The notes under the pieces are model-generated. The model made no database searches. It saw nothing but the letters and a program-made list of their open reading frames with translations, and had not been told where the DNA came from. A stretch of 63,239 nucleotides of DNA, filler included, from Hausera hauseri (lineage: Eukaryota): the NCBI GenBank assembly GCA_046269625.1. It is 12 parts of 12 records of this genome, joined end to end, with 100 filler letters (N's around TTAATTAATTAA, not from the genome) between each part and the next. Parts side by side here need not be neighbours in the genome. Positions count along the whole stretch, not along the records: positions 46,802 to 52,705 come from JBJURY010171196.1; positions 52,806 to 57,848 come from JBJURY010353265.1; positions 57,949 to 63,239 come from JBJURY010288948.1; 9 more parts are not named here. One strand, 5' to 3'. Position numbers and translations under genes: made by a program. How positions within the stretch are numbered: position 1 is the first letter of the stretch; each line of letters opens with the position of its first letter. Of the stretch, positions 52,023 through 63,239 are shown in pieces.

Positions 52023-53042
52023 TCTACGGGGTATTCATCAAAATTTTAACAGATTTGGAAACATTAGTAGAGTTCATGGGATTTTATATCGCAGAAAAGT
52101 AATTGGTGGAAAATAAAGGTTTATTAACAGATTTTACAAATTACAGTCAATGGCAGTGCATGTTCAATATTCCACCCACCATTTTCTTCAATTATGTTAA
52201 ATCGTAATATTGCACTATCTATAGTATTTCAAAGCATTTCTCCCGGATTGTTACAAATATTTCGGTGAATGATACCTTTCAACATTGAAAAATTTTTGAT
52301 GTTTTCACCATAAACTGTGTTTTTGAGTAAATGGTTACTTATTGGTACATGTCTGAAACTGTTACTATGGCAAAATTTTACAGACGACAGGGTTATTGGC
52401 TGACACTTTTGTTGCATGGTCACGTCGGTCACCAGACCGCAACTCATATGGCTTTCGGCTTTGGGGTTTTCTTAGAAGCACAGTTTATCGTTACAACATT
52501 GGGTATTTGTAACATTTTGGCTCAAGTACTGTAGAGGGTGTGATATTGCGCTTTAGTTGTTGTACCAGAAAATGATGGACAGCACATTGAATATGTTCTG
52601 CATTGCCTGTAGTTTGTAACATCTTTTTTCAGTATATAAAAGTCAATGACCTCTTATATAATATTTCCGAGTTTCGTTCAGTTCTCATTTTATTGGGGGT
52701 TCCAGNNNNNNNNNNNNNNNNNNNNNNNNNNNNNNNNNNNNNNNNNNNNTTAATTAATTAANNNNNNNNNNNNNNNNNNNNNNNNNNNNNNNNNNNNNNN
52801 NNNNNAAAAATAATTGATTTTGTTTCCTTATTTTATATGTATTTAACATACACATTGTATGGCCTTATATTCCCTTTCGTTTAATCTTTAATGTGTGTAT
52901 ATGTGTGTGATAAAAAGAGATGTACTTTAAGAGACATTTATAAAACCGAAAAAATAATCTATATTTTTCGAAAGTTTTTGTTTAAAACCGCATAAAAATT
53001 CATGTGTTCAAAGTTCACATGTACATAGAAAATGTGGACACC

Positions 53043-53571
53043 ATTATCGAATAGCCCGTGTCATGGGCTTTCGTTTCCTGTCCTACTCGACACTGGATTC
53101 CATCATCAGTGCACACACAAGGGTGACTGTGACGTCATCGGTGGATCGTGCACCGTTCTTTTCGGTTCCATTCGGCTACTCACAGGCCCATTGTTATGGG
53201 ACCATTAACCGTTGGTCGATAACGTTTCCCACTTCCTCATAAACCATATTCGGGTTCTGGATCACTTTTTGCCCTCGCCCCGTTCTTCTGCGCGGCATCC
53301 GATCGACTTCGTTCCTTCGGCATTCGATGCGCCATTGCTGTCCCATCATTTCTATGTGCCACACATGGCCGTGCACTGTTTCCTTCTAACATACCCATTT
53401 CTTCGTGCACTTCCCCTGCTTCCGGGGTGCACCGTGCACCTTTCCCAGTGTTATTTTCGAAATCTCAGTCGCCGATTCTACCAAGCCAGTGCCTTTGTGC
53501 GCATTAAGCACGCTTCGTATTGGCTGCATGGGGGTAGGGGGATGATCCAGAACCCGCATTTCTATACTACT
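53043..53571. repeat. Second copy of the family-2 Polinton TIR
   Basis: Aligns with 42143-42669 and ends CTATACTACT. Confidence 0.75.
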
Positions 53572-54229
53572 GGCATCATTCTATTGTTTACGAGAAAAAC
53601 ATTTAGTAGTGCATTATTTTGTCAAGAATTATTTTTATGTATGCAGTAAACTATTTACCCCAACTAAATGACTGACTGCACTAATTCGAGATGAAACAAA
53701 AAAAACTGTAATCACTATACAATAGAATAACAACGTAACAATTTGTTTGAAATTGCCATTCAACGGACCCCAATGAAACAACAATGCTTTTCAATCATGT
53801 ACCTATAATCAGTACATCCCTACCAGATTCGTATGAATCTTCGAGTCTCGATCACGAAATCTGAATACCTAGCAAGCCAAACGAGTTGTTCTTTGTGGAC
53901 TGTCGTTAACTTCATTGATCTGCGTGCAAATCATTTCATTTCCATCAAATCGGCTATCTCCGCCAATGCTTTCTTTCTTAGCATCTTCCACATCATCAGA
54001 AAAATCATGGGAAACATAAGGAGACTGTGTGAACTAAATACCTAAATAAAATTAACTAAGGCAAAGTTGGAGTGTCGAGATGGTCGGTGGGGGTAGATAA
54101 CAATGATATAGATGACTGAAAAGATTCTAAACGAAAATCAAACGTTGACGGAATTAATGACATTTCAGGTGTCAATCTTCAAAATATAATTATTATTGTA
54201 TGGTAAAAATAATGACAATAATTATTATA

Positions 54230-55915
54230 ACAGTGCTATAAAATTGTACATTATTGACGATATTCAAGTGAATGAAGGGATTCTGAAGTACATCGATAAG
54301 AATTACAAAGCACTTCTTAATGTTGCCATGCAATGGGTTCCGAATGTCGTCGGATCCCATTTGATTCAGTATGTTCTCAAACTTAAGAATTCGGTATAGG
54401 ATTGGGACAATATATTGGATTGGCCATTGCAACACAAGGTGTTTTAACTTTTTTTCGATGGAAGATTAATGCCCGCCTTGAAAACATTATTAGTAGTTTA
54501 ACTCGGTTCAAATCTGCCGAACCTTTCAAATCGGGTTAATCGAAATCGGCGAAATCGTTATCACGGAAAAGTTTATAGAATGATTGATGCATTTGATAAC
54601 ATGGATACAGTAACCAATCGTCTAATCAACGATTTAAAGAAAGCTTGTCCGAAAGCCGAAGAAATATACGACAGTGATTCTACAAGCAATCTATCAGTGA
54701 TAGAGGAAAGAAATTATAAACAAGAAGGTGGTCGATGTCAGGTTTGATTGTTCAGAAATTTTGAATTTATGGTTGTATCAACAGATCTTTTAAGCCGCAA
54801 ATTATTGTACGAACTGTGTTCGGTGACATATCATCACTATACATCCTACATTATTGAGCGCATAGTCGCCTGTTGGATCTGGCTTTAGCTACTAAAAGTA
54901 ACACAAATTCATTTGTGAAATAAACAATGCTTCACAACAAACAATTGATAAAAATAGGCGCCTTTACACCGGATGTAGAAGAATGTCGCACGTCAATTAT
55001 TAGAGAAGGCTCTAAAATGTGTCAAAATGTTTCTAATGCCATATCCCACAAGATATGGACAAGAATTTTACAGGAAGGATTATGTGGCACAAGAAGGCAG
55101 TAAATGACAAAATTGAAATTTTGTCCAGTCTTGTATTGGGATCTTTGAGTAAGTCTTCAGGACTTTCGTAATGGTCAAGTGCACTCGGTGTTCAATCCCG
55201 ATTGTTAAGTATGAGGTTGTCAATTCTTCAATTCATGCAAGATAATTCCATTAGCAAAATGTTTTCAGAGAAAAGCTTTATACGGCGACTTTTGAATATT
55301 TTAGCAATCAACTATGACATTCCAGCCAAAAATCTGCTGACTTGAAAAGCGACATGGCAACGGTCACTCAATTTTAGATAGTGTTGATGAATTGGAATAC
55401 TTTCATGATAACAACAAAGGAACTATTTCCAATGGTTTACATTTGAATTACTTTTATTTTCCTTTCAAAAAATCCGGTAGTTTCCCGAAGGGAAGTTTAT
55501 CGGCTAGTTCGATGATTCATTTGTAGGCACTCTGTGGGAATATAATGATTTGTCTAGTGCGGCATCTGTTACATCTACCAAGCAATCCACATTTGATAAA
55601 AGATCAGTCAATATGGTCTTAAGTGACGATTCATTTACACAGCAACGTTTGGAAAAATGAAATCTTATTCTAGCAGTTGCTGTTGAAATAGACAGATTTA
55701 GAGTCTGGAATAATCCCAATGGAAAACCGGACATGAATCCACCTGATTTTTCAGACGTTTATATATGGTAAAAATAAAAGCTGGTACGAGAAAAGTACTG
55801 GCGAAAAAATGTAAAGTTAGCACGGTCTCTGAGTCCGGACTTGGCCATATATTTACCGAAGCGATTTCATAGTTCAGAACGGCTGTATGAGGAGATTTGT
55901 AGGTTTGTCAAAGAG
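54230..55915 (+). pseudogene. PI4KA: Phosphatidylinositol 4-kinase III alpha internal fragment, intronless and heavily decayed
   Basis: In the expected order: AMQWVPNVVGSHL; LLYELC..ACWIWL; SHKIW; YTATFEYFS; VEIDRFRVWNNP; EKYWRKNVKLARSLSPDLAIYLPKRF. Confidence 0.82.
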
Positions 55916-56699
55916 TCATAGGAAGAATTCAAGTTGAAATTGGTTAGCCAAGAATTGAGGCAACGACAATGGAATTTTCTCGAAGAAAAATCGAGTTCTG
56001 AAAGAGATGTACCGGTAGTAGAGATCCACGAACAATGGAATTCAAGAAGTAGCCGAGACCAAGATTATCTGAAGGACACGTCACTTTATGAAATGACTAA
56101 TATGATTCTGCATTATCATATACCAATACAAAAACTTCGAACCACGTATTGATGAAACCATGCGAATACCGTGTGAAAACAATAAAGGAAATGTTGAAAA
56201 GTTTAAACGATCACTGTAAAAATTTTGGGGTGATTCATCAAATCAAAATATCGTGGAGTAATTATTGAGTTCGTGAAAGAACCAAATGGGATGTGACAAT
56301 GAGAGGCCTTTTTCGTTTAAATTTGAAATCAGAACAAGAGAATCAAAATAATTATTCGAAATACGGCTCACATTCGATTAATAATGGAGGTGTGATCATT
56401 TATATACAAAATGTGCGGTGGTTTGACAGTCAAAGTGGTTCATCAATTCTGTTTTCATCCTTAATTTTCAAATATGATGTAAACACGATTCGACGTGGCC
56501 ATTTTCGTAGTGTTATTTTGAGAACGGTAACGGCTCTCTTCAGAACCACAATCATTGATTTATACGAGGTTTTGAATCCTCTTAAAAATTTATTAAAAGG
56601 CCAAATATGATGATGCAAAGAAAACGTATTGATGAATTTGTACGCAGTTATATGGAAAAGTTAGATTTAAATTTAGTTAACAGAGATAAAGTAATTAAA

Positions 56700-56810
56700 A
56701 TCAGAATATTAAATGATCAGAAAGTCATTTTCAAGAAAACACGTTTAACCACTAAGAGTGGATGTTTTATATTGTAATGATATAATAAACTACATAATCC
56801 TCCTTTTAAA
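56700..56810 (-). mobile_element. Possible PPT plus LTR start of another LTR element
   Basis: Minus-strand AAAAGGAGGATTA followed by TGTAG at about 56807-56791. Confidence 0.35.
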
Positions 56811-57948
56811 CAAATAGTTAATCTGACCCCCAACTCATTCCCCAGCGTAAACTTTATTATCTTCCTCCTGGGCCCATTTAATCTCACTTTTGATATACAC
56901 ACATCTTTATTCTTCATTGAAAGATTTCGAATCGAATAATATACTTTGATTTTAAAATTCTCTACGAGATCGTCTCTCTTTTTCATTAGAATACTACACA
57001 CGCATGTATTCGTCTTACGATTACATGTGTCTATTTCAGATCCGGATATCTTTGAGTTCGATTCAAACTTTAAAAAATGTAATTTTCGACCGGAAACAAA
57101 CAACAGAAATCACACACAACCATAAGTCAAACATCAAAAGCTAACTTGTGTTGACTGCCTGGTTCTTTAAACGCAATCCCTGTCCAGAATTGGTGCTGTA
57201 AACGCCGCCAGTGCGGTGACCTGAAAAAGACAACTTAATTTCACCCAGCATGAAGCCTTATCAAGTTAACAGCTCAATTTTTTCCACTTTGAGCATTATC
57301 TTAACCTCTTCCTGCGTACCTCGGATGGCTAATGTGAACCGTGTGTCAGGGAGACGTGGGTTTTTCGCCTCCACAGAAAAGACAAACATTAGTAGGACAG
57401 AAAAAAGTCCAGATAATAGTGACTCAACTAGCTAACTTAAAGATTTTTGTCATTTCTATCAACAAAAACAAGATGAAATCTCTCATTTCAGGGTGCACTA
57501 AGGAAATTGAATTTTTGTTTCTATTATTTTATTGATTTTTCTTACTTTTCGAATGCTCTAGAAACATTTGTCTGATTTTGTTTTACTGTAATAAATTACT
57601 AAAGTGGTAAATTTGAAACCATTGATTTATTGACTTTATTGGATTATCGATAGGGGCGAATTGGTATGTACCCATGACTACTTTTTGCACTTATTGCCGC
57701 CATAAATTTTATTAAATGAAAAATACATAACGCCAAACCGAAGTACAGTTGCAAATAAATTTGCAATCACTGTCTTCCGTCTTTCCCATTCTGCAGAAAT
57801 ATTTGTACTTGCTTCATTAATCATAATGCATCGACATATGAATTCTGCNNNNNNNNNNNNNNNNNNNNNNNNNNNNNNNNNNNNNNNNNNNNTTAATTAA
57901 TTAANNNNNNNNNNNNNNNNNNNNNNNNNNNNNNNNNNNNNNNNNNNN

Positions 57949-58069
57949 CGGTGTGTTTTTCAACATCTCCGTCGTCGAATCTATCCGTCCGTGCGGGTGT
58001 AAGCATCAACCACGCCTCGAATTGGCTGCATGGGGGGGGGTGAGCCAGGACCGGCATTTTTCTACTACT
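57949..58069. repeat. Third, truncated copy of the family-2 Polinton terminus
   Basis: attggctgcatgggg..gtgagccagga..CTACTACT. Confidence 0.7.
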
Positions 58070-58261
58070 CTAGCATTTTATTATCTCTATATATATTTCT
58101 ACACGTCTGGCGTATAGGCAAATTTTCCTTATCGTTTAAATCAAGGTTTACTTTTAACCTATCAATATTTGTTCTCAAAGAATTTTACTTTTAACCCTGT
58201 TCAACTTGTAACCCGAATTTTTAAAACTTCCAAACCATTTTCAATTACTTGATGTGGACGC

Positions 58262-59123
58262 TGATCGGCAATATGTTGTTAATTAGCTCTGAGCTGAAGT
58301 CTAGCGAGGCATTGATCTGTCCTAATGACGACAGAAATTATTGACAAGTCGTTAAATTTGAGTGTGGAATCAGTTTTTACCATCATGACGGTAGATTTTA
58401 AAAAAGGAAGCTTCGTGTGCGCTTTGTGTCGCACTCACTTACTCCAAAAAGAACACAGAATTTCCTCCTCCAAAGATTTTATTGCCATATCCGCAGACAA
58501 AACGCCAAAGTGCTGAATGGACAAGTCCGAAAAAGGCAGCCTTATAAAAGTTTGCGCTTTCAAATCGAAACTAAAACAATGTTGATAACCTTTTTAAACA
58601 GTAGGGGCATGGTTCATCAAGAATTTCTTCGTTAATGTTCTACTATGACTGGGACATTCTACAAAAATGTTTTGGATCGGCTTTTGAAAAGAATGCGGCG
58701 TGTGAGGCCCGAATTGTTGGATAATAGAAATAGGTTCTTATAGCACGACAATGCACCATCTCACATGTCCATCCTTGTGCAGCAGTTTTTGGCAAGGATG
58801 CAGGTTGTTTGTATCAATCACAACTCATACACTCCAGATCTATCCCTTCCAGACTTCATTTTGTTTAACAAGTTGAAACGGAAGAGGGAGGGGCAGCGGT
58901 ACGAGTTGGTGGAGGCGATCGAAGCAGCAGTGACAAGTGAACTTAAGAGTATTAAATAAGAGGCTCTTCCAGAAGGCGTTTACGGACCTGTATGCTCGTT
59001 CCAAGAAGTATATCGAATTAGGGAAGGGAAACTATATAGAAGCCTGATACCAATTATACGTATATTTTATGTCATACGGTCTGTGTTTGCTTTGTCCTGG
59101 AACTTTCTGAATACATTGTGCAT
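58262..59123 (+). mobile_element. Mariner (DD34D-type) transposase pseudogene with probable right TIR
   Basis: RFVSHSLT, KTMLITF..RGMVHQEF, HDNAPSH, YTPDLSLPDF.LF.KLK. The end GGAACTTTCTGAATACATTGTG resembles mariner TIRs. Confidence 0.85.
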
Positions 59124-59231
59124 AGTCATAACATTTGGTCATGAATTTAAATATTACAATTCCTTATTTTGTTGATTTATTATATAATTATGGTAATTCA
59201 TTTGAAAAATACGTATTAATTACAAATAAAA

Positions 59232-62200
59232 ATGCTGATCACATTCGTATCTGTTGCACTAATCATCAGTGAGGCAATTGGACTCGAACAGAACATTTTG
59301 TTGAACAAGCCTGTCTTCGGTAACAACAATCGACCAGGCTATGTAAACAATGGGAAAACAGATGAATGCAATTGGATTGACGCTCACAGTCCAACGTGGA
59401 TAATCTTCGAAATGGAGGCAATTTACCATGTGAAAAATTTGACAATTTGGAACCGTTCATGTAAGTTTATTTAACGTATCCAAACAACAAAAACTGCATT
59501 TTTTATTTTAGTTCAATCCAAAGTCCCATTGTCAATATACGTTGGAGACAAATTTCGAATATGTAATGTGAAAGAAAATTTGAGAAGCTATACTTTGTGC
59601 AACGACAATGTGTATCAGTCGGGCCAATCAACGCATGTTGTTTGTAAAAATGGTGGAGTCACAGGACAATATTTGGCAATTGTCAAAGGAAAATTTGACC
59701 CTCAATTTAAAAATGAAAAAACCTTACTTTGTGAAATTGAAGCCTCTGGAGAAAAAGTCGCAGAAGCACGAACAAAACCTACAGTGCAAAGCGAAAGCAT
59801 AACGATAGATAAAGAATACTTTGTAAGTTTTTACAGTTATATATAATATTTCCTGGGATTTTTTATGAATTCCTTCTTATGACATTTTCATCGCAAAATA
59901 AATTAGATATTAGTTAGATTATTTTTAAATATCCCATAACGTTAATTTCTCTCGTCCGTACAGATTGTTATAACCGTTTTATTTTAGACAATCACCAAAG
60001 ACATCATTCGGGAGTCAGAAACTGTACACGCAATGGCCAATTCGAATAAAATAATATATCTGGATAAAAGATGTCAAGCAGTTGTTTGGAATCCAAATAT
60101 CAGTGGCCATGTGTACGGTGCTGTTTGTCAAACAAATGATAAGAAAGGACGAATTGCAGTGTTTGGAAAACGTAACTTCTTAAACGTTTTTCCAGCAAAT
60201 AGTGCAATTAAAAAGAACATATTTAAGTGGCTGTCAGGTGTTGATAATCCAGTGATTGTTAGTGGTGGAAGTATCAGAACGATAGATGATGTACGTGAAA
60301 AATTAAAACCGGGCTACATATTGGATTACGATGTTTATCATGCCTACGATTCCTCTGTTAATGATGCTATGAAATCTTTGCTACTCAATAATACTATTTC
60401 AATGATATTTCACATAACATTCTGGAATGCTCCACAAGGTGAAATTAGACAATCGTATTTAAAAATTTTGAACATTTTCAATGTTGACTGGTCATGGTCA
60501 GATATGGGAGGAGCGACTGTTACTCTTTCACCTGCCACCATGAATGACAATATGATGGATCTTGTTGGTAAGTTAGAAATTGTAGGAAAAAATCACAATT
60601 ACTTAATGAAACATGGTAACGATGCAGCTGCGCAAGTCGATTATTTCTCCAATACAAGGGAAATAACGTCACAACTTAATAAAACTATTTTTCAATTGAT
60701 AGAAAAATACGATAAGTTACTTAGTTGGATTTGTCCCTGTGATTCAAATCAGGCAACAGACTACGGTGATAGATCCGTGATATCTACTTTCGGAATAATA
60801 GCCAATAGCCAACTTCTTCGGAACTCAAATTACAAACCACCTTGCGTTTCAAATAGCGGATTTCAATTAGATTTTGATGAGCCTCCACGAAAATCTATTG
60901 TTACTCTGAACCTTACAGGCATTACTGGATATACAATGAATCCAACTGGGTATTACTTAAAACCCGGTGATACTTTGCGATACAAAATTCATCAAAGTTC
61001 TGGTAATTGGAAGATGTCAATTGGTTGCCACTCGGATGATATAGGAAATTGGCATCGGTCTTTACTTCGCTATCCATATGTCGTGTTACCCAATCGAGGT
61101 CTTGACAAGGAAGGTGAAATATATTCCGGTTTTGGAGGAATTATATGGTTAGTAAATGACAATGTAAACGACAATATTACAATAACCCTTTCAAATGTCG
61201 TAGCTGCACCTTTCTTTAATGTACGAGATCCATCATCGGTATCACAATGGGAAACAAATAGAAATAATGTAGCTCCTTGGGCTATAATAGCAGGTGATAA
61301 TTTGGTCATCTGTGAGAGGTCTGAAACTGTGAGAGGATTTTCCAAGGAACATTTACTAGATGTCACATTGGATAATTGGGATAAGGTAATTCGAATGGAT
61401 CAATATTTGAAATACCGTGATTGGCAAAGTTCAAGACCAGAAATCATAGTTCTTGATATTCAAATATCAGCTGGTGTTGGTCATAGTGGTTACCCATTTA
61501 TGTCCACTTTTGGCTGGTCGGACAGCATATTTAATGTGCAAGGAATTAGAACGTGGGGCAGTTGGGGAATGTGTCACGAAATTGGACATAACATGCAAGA
61601 AAATGCATGGACGCTTCCTGGTGCACGTGAAGTAACAAATAACATGTTTTGTCTATTTAACTATGCCATATTATGGAAAGTACAAACTAGAGGAGTAAAT
61701 TTGCAAAACACTAATGTAAATGAAGTCAAGTCTTACTTAGACAGAGGAAGTCCATTCGGTGTTTGGAAAGGTCAACCATTTACAGCTCTCATGTCTTACG
61801 CTCAACTTGCCAACCATTTCGGTTGGGGATTCTATAACAAAGTATTCAAATACTATGTAGAAAACAAGTTAAATCCATGGGAAGATAATAATAAAATATT
61901 CACATGGATCAACACAACTAGTACAGTTGCTAGGCAAAATCTAATTCCCCTTTTTGAATTTTGGGGATTTCCAATTGACGATTCTTTAAATCAGTCGTTG
62001 AAATCATTACCATGTTTCTTACCAGACTATTTCTTTATTCAGATAAGCGAAACCAGACGAAACTACATAACTGAAAAATACAAAGATTGTCAACGTACAG
62101 CAAGCTCAAAGGAAGATATTGATTTGACCCGAATTAACAATCCTCAAGTACGTCAAAATTTTGTGAGTGTTATGAAAAAATTGCAAGTGTCACCAAAATC

Positions 62201-62258
62201 AGTATCTAATATTGACAAATTGTACAACGAATATCTGACACAGTTGTCTTCGAAATAA
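59232..62258 (+). CDS. Secreted M60-like (TCAF/enhancin-related) zinc metallopeptidase with N-terminal F5/8-fucolectin-like domain; exons 59232-59460, 59512-59822 and 59988-62258 (about 936 aa)
   Basis: Signal peptide MLITFVSVALIISEAIG. GTAAGT..TTTTAG introns of 51 and 165 nt keep the frame. Lectin-like PTW..I.NR..I.VG..C..C..GQY..LCEIE. M60 motifs PTGYY, IGCHSD, FGGII, APW, DIQISAG.GHSGYP, WGMCHEIGHN..EVTNN. Confidence 0.88.
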
Positions 62259-62574
62259 ATGAATATTTATGTTTAGTTTTATATTCTGACTACTGTCGTA
62301 ATCGCAATATTAAATCCGTTGTCATTTGAAAATAAATATTTGATAATGTGTTGTATAGAAATTGCTATAATTTATGCGCTTCGTTACTAGTCTTATATTC
62401 TGTACACGAACGTTCTAAATCGTGATTGATTTAAACATTGCGTATAAGTATGTAAATAGGAGGATATGAACCCAAAATCAACCCGGGAAGGAGAAAAAAG
62501 TGCATACTGTTCTGTGATTGGTTGGTGAGTCACGGGTGAGAATAAACATTGTACATTCTACTCTCTACCCCCAC

Positions 62575-63110
62575 TGCCGATGAACGGAAAATCTTGGTGT
62601 TGGTGAACGACAAATCAGGATGTTGGTGAACGACAATCAGGATGTTGCTGAACGGTAAACTCGGTGTTGGTAATTGGTGAATGGTAAACCTTGATATGTG
62701 ATCAATAAATCTTTACGTAAATGAATTTTTCAAAAACTATAAATACAGTTATCTCTGTGTATAATGTTTGTAGGTATATGTGAGCGCACCAGATCAGACC
62801 TCACCAGGGAAGGAAAGTAACCAATGAGAGGAGGAGACGTCATCGGGGTTAGGAAAACTGGCTAATGGGAGGATGACACGTCATGGCGGGGTAAGGAAAA
62901 CTGGCCAATCAGAGAGCTGTAGACCTAATAACACCTGGCTCGGATTGGGTTTCACTATTTCCACTCCTAGAACAAAGCATTTTCTGGCCTGATCGTGGTC
63001 GCACTATTCCCACTTTGTAGAACAAAGCATTCTGGGCTCATCGCGGTTTCATTATTTCCAGCCCCAAAAATAAACCTGGCTCGGATTGGGTTTTACTATT
63101 CCCACCCCCT
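62575..63110. repeat. Cluster of short tandem repeats (units of about 22, 41 and 45-50 nt)
   Basis: GTTGGTGAACG units; duplicated ACGTCAT..GGGGT.AGGAAAACTGGC; four CTGGCTC..ACTATT(T/C)CCA-type units. Confidence 0.7.
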
Positions 63111-63239
63111 TTTTGTTTAAATTTTGCAAAGTTGATATAAATACCCATGTGAAAGTGTCACTTATGAAAAATGTCTCAACCAGATATCTTGTCATCATTT
63201 AAATCTAAAATGAAAGTTTATGCGGCAGTGATTAAGTTG

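Noticed and set aside
57120-57530. Possible minus-strand exons with a TM segment; similarly coding-like scraps at 6289-6804, 21300-21700, 52330-52705 and 55915-56700
   Set aside because: No family could be recognised and no consistent gene model could be built.
62575-63110. CRISPR array
   Set aside because: The repeats are degenerate and tandem without unique spacers, there are no cas genes, and the context is eukaryotic.

Overview
This is AT-rich eukaryotic (metazoan) DNA, not one locus. Twelve contigs are joined by 100-nt artificial spacers (N-run, TTAATTAATTAA, N-run). The main contents are: (i) decayed Polinton/Maverick (adintovirus-like) elements, with pPolB pieces, packaging ATPase, integrase-chromodomain, penton, four ACTACT termini and a TBP-like gene head-to-head with the ATPase that the ORF track missed; (ii) several Ty3/Gypsy LTR elements, including four CsRn1-like copies and a chuvirus-type glycoprotein next to a Gypsy pro-RT; (iii) intronless, decayed host-gene fragments (titin-like Ig, Myb, DNAH5, DNAH10, YIPF5, HELZ2-like, plexin, NRDE2, PI4KA) abutting each other and the elements, often co-oriented; (iv) one GC-richer contig of nested BEL/Gypsy/hAT elements that looks teleost-derived; (v) one apparently intact 3-exon gene for a secreted lectin-domain plus M60-like zinc peptidase. 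All family calls come from motif recognition by eye and no searches were run. Fragment boundaries are approximate.
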